DNA from: Camelus ferus
Lineage: Eukaryota
Length of the DNA: 64,000 nt
Assembly: GCF_009834535.1 (NCBI RefSeq)
Contig: NC_045696.1
Location: 68,326,001-68,390,000, forward strand
Reading direction: 5' to 3'
Below the pieces are notes generated by a model that made no database searches, was not told where the DNA came from, and worked only from the letters and a program-made list of their open reading frames with translations. Made by a program: the position numbers and the translations under genes. Shown in pieces: positions 1 to 11,830 of this stretch (the stretch's first letter is position 1; every line of letters begins with the position of its first letter).

Positions 1-5
1 AATCA

Positions 6-36
6 GGGCTATGCTGGGGGTAGGTAGGGCTGGGGG
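6..36 (+). other. Canonical G-quadruplex-forming motif
   Basis: GGG-ctatgct-GGGGG-taggta-GGG-ct-GGGGG: four G3+ runs with loops of 7, 6 and 2 nt. Confidence 0.5.
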
Positions 37-366
37 AGATACTACTGAATAACTTGGTTGGGGCAAGATCAGGGGGCCGAGGAGCGTGGCCTGTCCTGAA
101 GGAATGCTCCATGGCACCAATAGGGACGTGGGGACAAGGTAGAGATGTGGGGAGACCTATGTGATGGTGGCAGTGACTCTCTCCCCCAGTCGCCTTCCGG
201 TTGGGGGTCCACACGCTCTGGCTGCATCTCACTTCAGTCCTACTCTCCTCAGCCATGAAATAAGGCAGCTTTCAGCACCAACCCCTTCCCAGAAAGAGAC
301 TCCCTTCAGATGACCCACTCCAGGGAGCTAGAGGCTCTCCCACCCACAGCTCAGCCGTCTGTCTGA

Positions 367-512
367 GGCAGGACGTGGAGTCGTTAGGCTGAGCTTTGGC
401 TCCAGATAGTCCTGGCTTCAAAACTTGGCTCTGCCTCTTACCAGCTCTGTTATCTTGGGTTTCCCTGAGGAGAGCCTGGTCGGTAGCACACGGAGGTGCT
501 CCATCAGTGGTA
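367..512 (+). mobile_element. MIR SINE fragment
   Basis: 'ctttggctccagatagtcctggcttcaaaacttggctctgcctcttaccagctctgttatcttggg' resembles the MIR 5' half. Confidence 0.7.
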
Positions 513-1400
513 CCTGCTGTAGGTCTGTCTCACCCGGCTATAGGTGTTTCTTAGCCATGTTACTTAACGCATCCATGTGGCTCTTGGCAGCGCTGCCCTA
601 AGACCCAGGCAAGAAGGCTTAACCTTCGAGGAAAGATGCCATGGCATACCACAAACATGAGAACAAATACATCTGAGAAAGAAGGCGTGGACACGTCTGT
701 CATTCAGGATTTGGTACTCAGAGCTGGCAGAACAAGACCCATAACCAAAAACATCAGTTCTTGTGAGAAACACCATTCAGGCTCCCAGGTCTTCAGATGT
801 CTTACCTTACATCCTTGAAACAAAAGGCAGTTGTGTCTGGATGTTGTGAAAGTTTGGAGGTTGTGTCACTACCTACTTTGCAAATGGATACTGCTTTGGA
901 GAACAGGAAGAATCTGCATGGTTAAAGCACTTAGGTAAGGGAAATTAATTAATCAACTTGTCAAATCCTTCCTCTCAGATGGCACGAATGTAATAGCTCC
1001 TTAATAAGAACATGGCACTGAGTGTCCATTTCCTTGCTTCTCTTTACGTTCTAATTCGTGACCCTGGAGGAAGTCTTGAATTAGCATGGATTTTCAGCAG
1101 CTTTACATGGCAGTTGAGGAATATTTTGCAAAATTTAACAATTCATATTACTCTTAAATTTGTATGTATGTATGTAGATTAAGACATTATCTATATGACA
1201 AATATGATATAGATTCATAATATTTTCAACTAAGTAAGAATTAAAAGCTAGCATTTTCAATAGTTTAACTTTTTTACAGAAATAGATACATTTTGATTAC
1301 ATTAAAAAATTAAACTGGAAAATCAGCTTTACTCAAGTATTTTTTATTTAAAAGGTTAATGCCTGCCAATTATAACATTTGTAGCTCCCTTTTTACTTTT

Positions 1401-1554
1401 TTAACTTCTTTTTAAAATTTTTTTATTTACTTATTTTTTATTGGGGGTGGTAATTAGATTTATTCATTTATTTTTAGAGGAGGTACTGGGGATTGAACCC
1501 AGGACCTCGTGTATGCTAAGCATGCTGTCTCCTGCTTAAGCTATACCCTTCCCC
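1401..1554 (-). mobile_element. Camelid tRNA-Ala-derived SINE (Vic-1 type)
   Basis: Reverse complement reads ggggaagggtatagcttaagc...gcttagcatacacgaggtcctgggttcaatccccagtacctcc plus an A-rich tail. TSD ctttttactttt at 1389-1400 and 1556-1567. Confidence 0.9.
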
Positions 1555-1770
1555 TCTTTTTACTTTTAATTCATAATTTTTGATAGTTAAGATATTTTTG
1601 AAGAACTCTTTTTGCAAATGTGTAAGGAAAGTAATTTTAATTTTTACATTACTACCTTTAAAGGTAGTAAATGTAAAAATTAAAATTACTTTAATGTACA
1701 TTTTTGATGAAAAAAATTCAAATTTTAGACACTTTGAATACAGGTAACAATTTGTTTTGTAATCCTCTGG

Positions 1771-1969
1771 CTCTGCATTACCCAGTAGAACTTTCTGCTG
1801 TGATGGAAATGTTCCATAGCTGTGCTGCCAAAATGGAAGATGTGGAACCTGTGGAACGTGGCTAGTGCAACAGAGGAATTTTTACTTTAGTTTTACTTCC
1901 TATTAAATTTTAACGGATTTAAATTTAAATATCTGCATGTGGCTAGTGGCGATGATGTTGAATAGCACA
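1771..1969. mobile_element. MER3-like hAT-Charlie non-autonomous element
   Basis: 'agtagaactttctgctgtgatggaaatgttccatagctgtgctgcc...gtggctagtgcaacagagg...atgtggctagtggc...ttgaatagcac' follows the MER3 consensus. Confidence 0.8.
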
Positions 1970-2653
1970 TTTTTTTTAGATCACTGAAAGTGAGAACACA
2001 TCTGGATAACAGAAATAGAAAAAGCACAGGAGAACCTAAGAAAAGAAGAAAGTTTGAATAGAAAAGGAATACAGAGATGGTCTGCCTAATTCTTTAGAAT
2101 AGAAATAATGAAAATATGCCAATGACTTGCACACAGAAAAGCCTGTGTAAGATTATGTCTACTGAGGGAAAAAAAAAGGCTGGGAAAAATACAGCAATTG
2201 ATAAAATACAACAAAGATAAAGCAAATGCTTGAATGTTAGTACGAAGTGTTGAGAATAATATTATTTAGCCAATAATTAGCCAAACATAATGATCCTTTT
2301 CACAGCACAAATGGATCAATTATTTCAGGAAAATTTCTGGATCTAGTAGAAATTATTTGGAATGAAGTATTAGAATGTCCCAAACACGGAAGACAGATTT
2401 CAAAGTAACAAAATCTATTTTCATTATTTGGGATAGCAATTTCAATATGAGACTATTAATTAAGTGGGTAGTAAAGTGCAAAAAAATTTGTAAAATTTTA
2501 ACAAGCATATATTGTCCATACAACTAAATTACTTTAGGGGCAAAAGTCATCCTGAACAACTAACAATTATATATGTCATTGAATTATACCAGATAGGAAA
2601 GAAAGGGAGACACAATTAATTTTATTGGTTTTACTCTTGTAAAAAAGTATAGG

Positions 2654-2858
2654 ATTTAAAAAAAATTTTATTTTTATTTACTTATTTATTTTTTAATTCA
2701 AGTATAGTTGATTGACAATGCTGTATTAGTCTCAAGTGTACAGCAAAGTGATTCAGTTATACATATGTGTATATATATATTCTCTTTCAGATTCTTTTCC
2801 ATTATAGGCTATTACAAAATATTGAATATAATTCCCTGTGATATACATTAGGTCCTTG
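2654..2858 (-). mobile_element. 5'-truncated L1 (cetartiodactyl-type 3' UTR)
   Basis: 'gtatagttgattgacaatg...gtgtacagcaaagtgattcagttatacatat...aatataattccctgtgatataca' is an antisense L1 3' end. TSD aaaagtatagg at 2643-2653 and 2859-2869. Confidence 0.9.
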
Positions 2859-2932
2859 AAAAGTATAGGTTTTGATTTAAGTGAAAAAGTAAAAAAATTT
2901 TTCAGCTATTGACATTTATTTAAACAGTTGCC

Positions 2933-3732
2933 TTTTGTAAGTCTGCTTTGGAGAAATGTCTATTCAGTTTCTTTGCCCATTTTTAAATGAGACTATTTGT
3001 TGTTTACTATTGAGTTGTAGGAATTTCTTATATATTTTGGATATATACCCTTTATCATATGCATGAATTGCAACAATTTCACCCATTCTGTTGGTTGCCT
3101 TTTTATTCTGTTGTTTCCCTTGCTGTGCAGAAGCTTTTTAGTTTGATGTAATCCCACTTGTCTATTTTGTTTTTGTTGCCTGTGCTTTTGGTGTCATATC
3201 CAAGAAATCATTGCTAAAGCCAATGTCGAGAAGATTTCTCCCTATACTTTCTTCTAGGAGTTTTATGGTTTCAGATTTTATGCTTAAGTTTTTAATCCAT
3301 CTGGACAGGATAACCATTTACATGAGGAATATGAAATACACCAACACATAGGAGCAGAGAGTAGAATGGTGGTGGCCAGGGGTTGAGGAGCAGGAGAAAT
3401 GGTGAGGTATCAGTCAAAGGGTACAGAGTTTCAGCTATGTAAGATAAATAAGTCCTAGAGATCTACTGTACAACAGTGCCAACTATACCAATACTGCGGT
3501 GTATGCTTAAAAATTTGTGAAGAGGGTAGATATTATGTTAAGTGTTCTTATCACACATGTAATAATCACAACAATTATAATAATAATAATCATAAATAAT
3601 AGTAGAAAATAAACCATGGGAGGGGATGAATATATTTATGACATAGATAGTAGTGACGGTTTCATTGATGGATAACTCATCTCCTAACTTTTTGTAAGTC
3701 AGTTATATCTCAATGAAATGGTTAAAAAAAAA
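2933..3732. mobile_element. L1 (L1MA-like) insertion with an inverted 5' segment
   Basis: About 2940-3300 is antisense L1 ORF2 (ttggagaaatgtctattc...gcagaagctttttagtttgatgtaatcccacttg). About 3310-3732 is sense 3' UTR ending in an A-run. Flanks aaacagttgcc / aaaagtttgcc. Confidence 0.8.
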
Positions 3733-6711
3733 GTTTGCCAAAGGCAAGCCTATAATGACACCAACATGGATGATAAGGAAAAAAGTTTATAAACTGGGAT
3801 TCTACCCCAAAATCCAAAGTGTTCTTTGTGCTATATAAGGCTCATAGTTTAAATTTGTTACTGGAAGATGAGCCTCAATTGTGATAATTGAAATCACTTA
3901 CTTTGGAACAATTCAAAGATTATATTTCTTTTTTATTTTTGATCTGTCTAAAGATAGAGCAACATACATCATATTTGACCCAACAAGAATTCTTGAATAC
4001 ATAATGGGGAACACTATTACAGCAATTAGATTTAATAGAAATAAGATATGAAATACGCTAAAAGAAAGAAGTGAAACAGTAAAAGCTTCTCAAAGAAACA
4101 TTGGATTATGGTCTCTGAAGGAAAATATAATTAATTTTGAATTTGCCTATCTTCTGTTATTCTGTATGAATTATTGCTTGCTGTTAATACTATTAGAAAG
4201 CTATTACAACCAAACAGATCAAAGTTGATGTTTTCACCTGTAAATTTTTATTTATTTAGAGAAAATAGTTTTTCTCAAGAAAAAAAGTCCTATGTCAAAT
4301 ATGCAATATAAGTGATATTCCAATAAAATACAATAAAATCAGAAGAAAAGATAATGAGATGGACAGTTCATATATCAATAATCCCCAAACTAACTATGGA
4401 ATCTATTTTCTGGCTATTACAGATCAAGATAAGGTCTCTATTAAAGAGAAATTTGAATAAATTGAGCAATATACTGTTACATTCAGTTTTTTGTTATAAT
4501 ATTCTAATATTTTTTAAAAATGGAAAAAAAAATTACCGTGGGCACTAGAACTTTAAAGGCCTGTGAAAACTGTGATGTAGGCAATAGAGATACAGAAGGA
4601 ATTTCTGTGGTCATGATACTTTATAACATATGATCCATAACAATACTTCAAAGTGATATGTAAAACTTACTGGTTCATTTTTAATCTAATATTGCTTTAA
4701 TCATTTTATTAACAAATCCAGTTGCTATTTTTTGAGGTACATGGATGAATGGGATCATCTGGTGTTGAGTACCACCCCCCTCCACCCCCCCAAAATCCCT
4801 GAAATTTCTTTCTGAGAGCTAGAAAAATAGGGCTTCTGAAAGACAGGTATCCAGGTCTTTAAGGATGGGCGAGGAGTGTTTCTGGTTTTATTGTGATTAT
4901 TTCCTTGTTATTGTTGACTTTGGTACTTATTGAGAACACAGACTGCTAACTTCCATCAACTCAAAGATATCTGGGTTTTCCAATTGCTATGATGTTTGGC
5001 AGCAAATCGCCAAGACCAAGTGACAAGGAGACCTGACAAAGACGGATGGTGTCTGGGTATCTGGGAAACACTGGGAAGTAAGACCAGAATTTTTTCCCAC
5101 TTGGATCCCTTAAACATGGTCTCCCTTGATTTTTAATCTCTCATGCATTTTGAAGAGCATTTAAATCCCCACATTCATAATCTTTCCACTCTTCATATAC
5201 AGGGCATCACTTTGCATGAGGCATTTGATACACGGGAAGCTTCTTGAGGTCTATCTTTCAAGGGGATTTATACCCACACCCATCTGTGTATCCATAGCTC
5301 TATCCATATCTATAGTTATGGGTCCAAAGTCTTTCTGACTTTCAAGTACACGGTTCGGTTTCAAACTTGTTACCAGTGAAAGAAATCTAAACTGGACCTG
5401 TGTTTGAAGATGAGGGTGTGGAAAGGAGCGTGTCTAACGTCTGGCTTCTTTGAAATGACTGTTGGGCGCAACGTACCTTATGTTAAGGTGCTTTTCTTTT
5501 AAATATCTGATTAACATAAATTTTTTTTATATTATACAAATACATAATACCATGATTATGGAAATAAAAAGCCACCCACAAGCTTACTATCTTTATAAAT
5601 CATCTATTTCCATTCTTTCCTGTCTTTTCCAAAAAAGCATATATTCTCACAGGGTTGGACATGCAGCAGAAATATAATTTTGCATTCTAATCTTTGTCAT
5701 AAGTGCCACACAATGAGCAATTCTAACGTGGTCTTTATAATGACCTATTTGAATAGCTTTAAAATATAACTTCAGCGAACACATTGTCATTTCAAAACTG
5801 TCCTGGGACATTTATGTTACCTCTAATTTACTTCTATTATCAATAATCCTCTTTGGGCACTTTCCTGTCATCCTTTTTCCTAGTCTTGGATTATTTTCTT
5901 AGCATAACTCTCCAACAGTGGAACTGTTAGGCCAAAAGAGATGAGAACTTGAACAAGTTGGTGGTGGTTACTTCCTTTAATGAGTTTATTTTTAATCACA
6001 GTCTTCCTCCCCCATTTAAACAAACTAGCTGACTAGTTCACCATCTCACTAATTAACTAGCTCAATGTCCCAGTTTCCTGGTTTGTTTCTTTTCACATCT
6101 AACTGGTTCACAGAATCCCTTATATTTGCTCCTTCCTGACAATGACCCTCTGGTTCACATATTTTTACGCAAGTAAATTGCAGTGATAACTTTTCACCCT
6201 AAAGCCTGAACACTTCACAGATCCATTATCTGGCTTCAGGAAATTGCCCATGTGCAAAAGTGTCCATGAGACACAGTTTCAGTGATTGTGAAAGGGGCAT
6301 GCTGATAAGGCAGGTAAAGACTGGGCTCCTGGCCATCTGCTCTTCTGTCTCTTACTAATTAATTCTCTGCCAAGACACCTTGGGCTTTGCCACCAACCTG
6401 TTCCACCAGCTCTTGACAAAGCGCAGGCAACCATGCGAATGTGGGCATGGGTACTCACCACACACCCACTCTACCTAGAATTGGCCTAGATCCCATGAAG
6501 GACCCATTGGACATTCAGAAGTAATCTCTACCCTCGAGAACCCTTTAAAGATAGATAAGATATATACACTCCAAGGATATGGCTGAGAGTTTATGGTTCT
6601 ATAGAGGTTCAGAAGAGATGGATCACATCATGGGCCCTAAGCTGGGATTAGAAGGACAGATAAAAGTAGAAGAGGCAGAGAAGAGTGTTATGGACATTTA
6701 GTTTGGAGACC

Positions 6712-7010
6712 TTCATTTATTCCTCATTCAGTCAATAAGCATCTGCCACATAGCAGGCTCTGAGCTAGGTGCTGGGCATACCCAGATGAGTCAGATAGCA
6801 TCCCAGTTCTTCCAGACATCTCAGCCCCGTGGGAGAGACACATATAAGAAGATCATCAGCATGTGGTATAACGCACGCTGTCACAGAGAAATTGACAAAG
6901 TGGTGTTACTGCAATGGCCAGATTTGCCTGGGAAAGACAGGAGGTCTGACAGAGAAGGAAACTTCCTTCCAGACCAAAGGGATCTGGAGTGCTTTAGGAA
7001 GATCACACAT
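6712..7010 (-). mobile_element. L2 LINE 3' fragment
   Basis: 'ttcatttattcctcattcagtcaataagcatctgccacatagcaggctctgagctaggtgctggg' is an antisense L2 3' end. Confidence 0.7.
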
Positions 7011-7044
7011 GAACAAAATGGGGAGGCAGCAGTGGCAGAGTGGA

Positions 7045-7240
7045 AAGAAGACTCTACTTTTAGCTGGAAGAACTGCGTTTTCACCTGACTCTGCTACTGT
7101 TCAGCTGTGTGATTGGGACCCAGTTCTTCAAAATCTCTGGGCCTCAGTTTTGACACAAGTAAAATGGGGATCATAATACATCCATAGGAACTGCTGGGAG
7201 ATTGAAAGAGAAAGGAGGTGATAAAGGGCCCGGTAAAAGA
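7045..7240 (+). mobile_element. MIR SINE
   Basis: Core 'tctctgggcctcagttttgacacaagtaaaatggggatcataatac'. Confidence 0.75.
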
Positions 7241-7341
7241 ATTCATCATCATCATCATTGGTATCATCCTATCAGAAAGCACTTGGGAAATTCTTCAGCC
7301 CAGTGTAAATGAGCATATTGGCACAGTGACTTAACTCTTAC

Positions 7342-7381
7342 CATGATTATCTATCCTTGACTTCCAGGCTCTTGCTTACAT
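7342..7381 (-). other. Candidate 40-nt exon ending exactly in ATG
   Basis: Minus strand: ccttttgtttccag|ATGTAAGC...GATAATCATG|gtaaga. Stops in all three frames, so it would be UTR or non-coding. Confidence 0.35.
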
Positions 7382-7711
7382 CTGGAAACAAAAGGACATG
7401 GCTATGAATGAGCAGGGTTTACTCCTGCCACCCACCACATCTTTTTGCTTTGGGTAAATCTTACCCTCTAAGGCCTTAGAATGTTAACTTTGCATTTGTT
7501 AGTCCTCCTGAGCAAGATTATTAGCATTTTTTTTCTTTAAGGAAATTAAATCATGCAGAGCCCACTAAACCTAAGGATATTTAAAGTGCACAGAGAGTTG
7601 GCCTCATGCCCGGGGTTCACCTAGTCACCCAGGCATTACTGCACAGGCTGTTTATTTCGTAATTTCTCACAAGAAACTGTGGCAATAGCCAGAGATGACA
7701 GAGGTGACAGA

Positions 7712-7736
7712 TGAGTCAGGGAGAGAGGGTGACTCA
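7712..7736. promoter_or_regulatory. Paired AP-1 sites
   Basis: TGAGTCA (7712-7718) and TGACTCA (7730-7736), 11 bp apart, in non-repeat DNA. Confidence 0.4.
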
Positions 7737-7934
7737 GAGACTACCATCTTAGCGCCCCCCCCCCCCCCAAACTGGCAACCTTGAGCACGCTGGCTTCCAC
7801 AGAGTTATACTTTTGTTTGGATATTGCTTTAAGGAGATTAAAGGATCTGTGTTCCTGGAAGCCTCCTTCCTCGTTTCTTCCCTGGGGCCCTTCAGACCAT
7901 GCTCCAGTTCATTCCTTTGTAATGAGAAGAACTC

Positions 7935-8160
7935 ACATTCCTTGGGAATTTATTCTATGCCAAAAAGCATTCTCTGTCTTTTACACGCATTGTCTTATTT
8001 ACTCCTTACCAGTACCACAGAGGTAGGATGGTTAACCTCAATTTACAGACGAGGAAACTGCTGCATAAGGAAAGTAAGTGACCAGCCAAGGTGAGTCCAG
8101 GAATACCTGGTAGAACTGGACGTAGGCTGTCTGACTCCAGAGCTTCTGCCTCTCACCATT
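7935..8160 (-). mobile_element. MIR SINE
   Basis: 'cctcaatttacagacgaggaaactgctgcataaggaaagtaagtgaccagccaagg...gtctgactccagagc'. Confidence 0.8.
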
Positions 8161-9367
8161 CCGAAATCCTGCCTCCTTCAGGTTGGAAAGCCTGGAGCAC
8201 TCATGTCACCTGACAGTGTCAGACACCTGTGCTGCGGGTCAAAGCTGAGGACTGTCTTAGGCTTGGCTTCTAAAGCAAGAATTGTGGAAGAAAGGAAGAG
8301 CAGCTGAAGGCTGTTCTAGGCAGTCTTCGTCCTGTGCAGGCAGCCAGGGAAAGCCTGGCTCAGGAACCTGTCCTGCAGACCTCCTGCTGGTGGTTGGAGG
8401 AGGTCCGAGGTTTACCTTCATAGGGAAGAGAAAACAACATTTCTGGAAGAGGAAGAGCCAAGTAGAATGACTCCCTTCCAGACTCCACCTCCCTGATTCC
8501 TGGTGCAACACTTTTCTCTTTTTTTTCTCTTTGAGAAAATGTGATCAAGTTTATCACCCCAAACACAGCTCTGATCATGCCTCCCACTTTGGAAGAGCCT
8601 CCAGTAATGGTTTCCCATGGCCCCAGCCAGCAGTCTCCAAACTTTTCTGAGTCTGTAGCCCCACTGGTTAAAAAGATTAATAGTTTGTGTGCCCAAATAA
8701 ATTTATAATACACATATATGCATGGGTGTCAAACCATGCCAATATATTATGCATGTTATAAAAATAAACCAAAAATAGAAATTCTGAAAGGAGAGATAAA
8801 TATGAAATAAAGAATACTTTAAGATGTATGCTAATCTCATAACACCAGACCATCAAGACACAATCTAGGCAGAGCTCATCATTAATCACAGTGAATGTAA
8901 ACCCGTATTTCAAGCATCATTCTTCCTGAGAATTTTAAAGGTATTTTCTTTTCTTCTTCTTTTTTTTTTTTTTTTTTTTTTGTCTACAGCTTATTGTATG
9001 TGATTAGATCATCATTGGCTTTAACCCCTGGAATGTGGCCAGCTGCAAGCTAAGAATAGGAGAAAAGTCAACTCTGCCATTTTCTTGTTTGCTTGTGTTT
9101 GTTATAAGAATTATTCTCAGTTCATGAGTTCTTTGCAGGAATTTTTTTAAGACCTCTTGTCCATTTTATGTAAATTTATTTAGTTAAATCTAGGTAAAGA
9201 TTCCGTAAATCCAAGAAACTTGCTAAATGAAAATGACAGCGTGGGTACCTCTTGGACACTCTATGGCATAGAATCCCTACCCCTCCCTCAGAATAACCTT
9301 AATTAGAGATGTGACATGCCATCATTTGATTCAGGGATCCGACATGGGTCCCTTAGTCAGTCTATAT

Positions 9368-9463
9368 GGGGTGTGGATATAGCTCAGTGGTAGAGTGCGT
9401 GCTTAGCATGCACAAGGTCCTGGGTTCAATCCCCAGTACCTCCATTAACAATAACCCCCAAAA
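9368..9463 (+). mobile_element. Camelid tRNA-Ala-derived SINE (Vic-1 type)
   Basis: tagctcagtggtagagtgcgtgcttagcatgcacaaggtcctgggttcaatccccagtacctcca with intact A and B boxes. TSD tctatat at 9361-9367 and 9464-9470. Confidence 0.9.
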
Positions 9464-9859
9464 TCTATATAAGAAATAATAGGCATTTTAAAATTCTACT
9501 TTTATGTAAATAAAAGTAAATAGAAATGAAGATTTTGGTATGATTTGCACACCCTCCTAGGAGCATGCACTCCTCTTTGGAAACCCTTATCTGCCCAAAT
9601 CAGTCCTTAGCCTTCCAAGATTGGTGACCTACTTCTTTGGCCATTAAGTCCAACCATCACTAACTCCACCCATTCCCATGATCGCCCACACACTGCACTG
9701 TATAAACTCACAAGGCTGGACATCTTCCTCTGCAAACTTTCTTCCCCTGAACCTTTGTTCAGACTGTTCTCTCTGTTTGGAATACCCTTGTTTTCCATCT
9801 TTTGAAATTTTATTCATCCAGAGAGGCTCACCTCAGCCTCTACCTTCTGTGAAATAATA

Positions 9860-10065
9860 ACAACATCAACTAACATTTACTGACTTCTTACTACAGGTCG
9901 GACATTGCATTATCTCATTTAACCTGCATAACAATTCCGTGAGACAGGTACTACCACGTTCTCATTGCCGAAAAGCCGAGAAAATTGCCAAAAGCCACAC
10001 AGCTAAGAAATGGGGAAGCTAGGAACCAAGCCCAGGGGGACTCCAAATCCCCACGCTCTATCACT
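9860..10065 (-). mobile_element. MIR SINE
   Basis: 'aactaacatttactgacttcttactac...cattatctcatttaacctgcataacaattccgtgagacaggtact...gccacacagctaag'. Confidence 0.8.
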
Positions 10066-10149
10066 GAATGTGACTTTTAACTTTAATTTTATTTGTCTGA
10101 ACTGCTAAGGCTATGCTAAACCTTCCCCCCTCTTCCTACTAGTGGGGAG

Positions 10150-10378
10150 AAGGAGGTCTTCCTCTTCACACATCCAAAGCAGCGTGCTTGTAAATGTCGC
10201 GAGTACTTACTTCACTTTCCACGTTGCTGTTGTGTGTGTGCCGTTCTCAAACCCCCAACTACACTGTGATCTCTTTAGATAAGGGATCACACTGAATACC
10301 TCACAGCATATAGCAGAGGCATAGTAAACACGGTCATTGAATGGATGAATTAATGGGTGGATGAATAAATGGATGGAA
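10150..10378 (+). mobile_element. L2 3' end
   Basis: Ends in 'gcatagtaaacacggtcattgaatggatgaattaatgggtggatgaataaatggatgg', an L2 tail. Confidence 0.6.
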
Positions 10379-10869
10379 ACAAAAACAACAGCAAAGGTCC
10401 TAAGTTGGGTGTGATTTCTTTAGAATGTAACTTGATATTTTCCTGGTGGCTTGAGGTTCAAACTACAAAGATACATGAGTGTGAGTCTGTAGTAGATTAT
10501 TAAGATTTAAAACTAAAATGAAAGACAAGGATTCAATTTCCCAATATTTATCAAAGCACTAAAGAGCTGTGCTATACTCTTCAACGTATATTGACTGGTG
10601 GATAAAGACTCAAACCTATTTATATAATCTAGTTTTCCAAAAAAAAAAAAAAACTGGATGCAAGAAAAAGTTGTCACCTTACAAACTAGCACTTGACATC
10701 TTGGACGACTGGAAAAGGACTTTTGGGCAGACCATTCTGAAGCTGACAACAGTGAACGCAATTTACAAGAGAAACTTTAGCCCATTTAATCCCGACATTA
10801 GTGAACTTGTGCAAGCAAACATATACACACACAGAACCACACACCCCATAGTTTAGGAATTTTTTTTTC

Positions 10870-11005
10870 CTCCATTTTACTGATTCAGAAACTGAGACTT
10901 AGAGAAGTGATGTGACTTGCCCAAAAAGTCACATAACCAAGAAGCAACAGAGCCTGTACCCAAACCCAGGCTTTTAGAATCAAATCCCTTAATCTTTCCC
11001 AACTC
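10870..11005 (-). mobile_element. MIR SINE
   Basis: 'ctccattttactgattcagaaactgagacttagagaagtgatgtgacttgccc'. Confidence 0.8.
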
Positions 11006-11704
11006 TGCTCCTCAAACACAAAATGAATCCTAGAATATCAGGCATTTGAGCTATCAGAAACTCTTCACCGTGGGCTCTTTTTTGGGTGTCTTTGAAATGC
11101 TGTTCTGTATAAGCCTGCAGTCTTGAGGATTGTGTGTGGCGGGGAGGGACCAGTGACTTCTAATCCCTAGATGACTAAACAGAAGCCTAGTCCATCTGTG
11201 ACAGAGATCCCTTCCAAGGGCCCCAGGTGCACACGACAGAGCAAGCATCTTTGTTTCTGCCTCAGTGCCGAAACCATCAGAGAAGCTTTCCATCCTCTGC
11301 CTAATTAATCCTTCTTTCCTTTTTAAATTTTCTTGTTAATGTTTGACTGTCCTTATGTGGCAGTATAACACCCAGCTCTCTGACTGATAAGCTGCACAGT
11401 AAAATGGACAGGCTGTCAGGCACCTGCTGGAGTCAGGAATGTGAGGGGGTGCAGGAGGGGCTTCATTCTTAGTCCTCGAGGGCTGAAAGAGACACAGGCA
11501 GAGCCCAGTGCCTCGCTGCCACCTTCCCACTTTCTCTGAACATGGCATCCACACAAGGTCATGCAGCACACATGGGCTCCCTTGAAAGAAAGACCATTAA
11601 AGCCACCTTCAAGTATATCCTATATATAAAGGATAGAGTGGGGGTAGAAGCTTGATTTCCTTTGGGGAGTCGCTAGATGAAACGGGTGAAAATTAAAGGG
11701 GACC

Positions 11705-11830
11705 GGCTTCCTACCCATTGTAAGGCAGAGATGTACAACAGAGAAATGGGCTGCCTTCTGGAATGGTGAGCTTGCCATTATTGGAAGCAATCAAGCAGAG
11801 GCTGGACCATCTCTCCTTGAAAGTGGTGAA
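11705..11830 (+). mobile_element. L3/CR1 LINE fragment
   Basis: 'aatgggctgccttctggaatggtgagcttgccattattggaagcaatcaagcagaggctggacc' matches the CR1 ORF2 C-terminal (WNxLP...SLExFKxRLD) region. Confidence 0.7.

Larger units (their letters stand above)
1980..4585 (+). mobile_element. Decayed autonomous hAT DNA transposon (Tip100/Zaphod-like; ZMYM1/DUF4371-type transposase fossil) interrupted by L1 insertions
   Basis: Plus-strand translation fragments appear in the expected hAT order: LAKHNDPFHSTNGSIISGKFLDLVEII (from 2277), HYLG*QFQYETIN (about 2422), QAYNDTNM...NPK (about 3745-3819), AHSLNLLLED (from 3840), ITYFGTIQRLYFF (about 3893), LLLAVNTIRKLLQ (about 4171). Many stops and frameshifts; the left end is undetermined. 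Confidence 0.8.

Noticed and set aside
9373..9445. Apparent tRNA-Ala(AGC) gene
   Set aside because: Mismatched acceptor stem, A-rich tail, TSD and four sibling copies show it is a SINE.
10569..10856. ORF with DDWKRTFGQTI, faintly like the RTP-family N-terminus (WEQTF)
   Set aside because: None of the RTP zinc-finger cysteines or other motifs follow, and the frame crosses a poly-A run.
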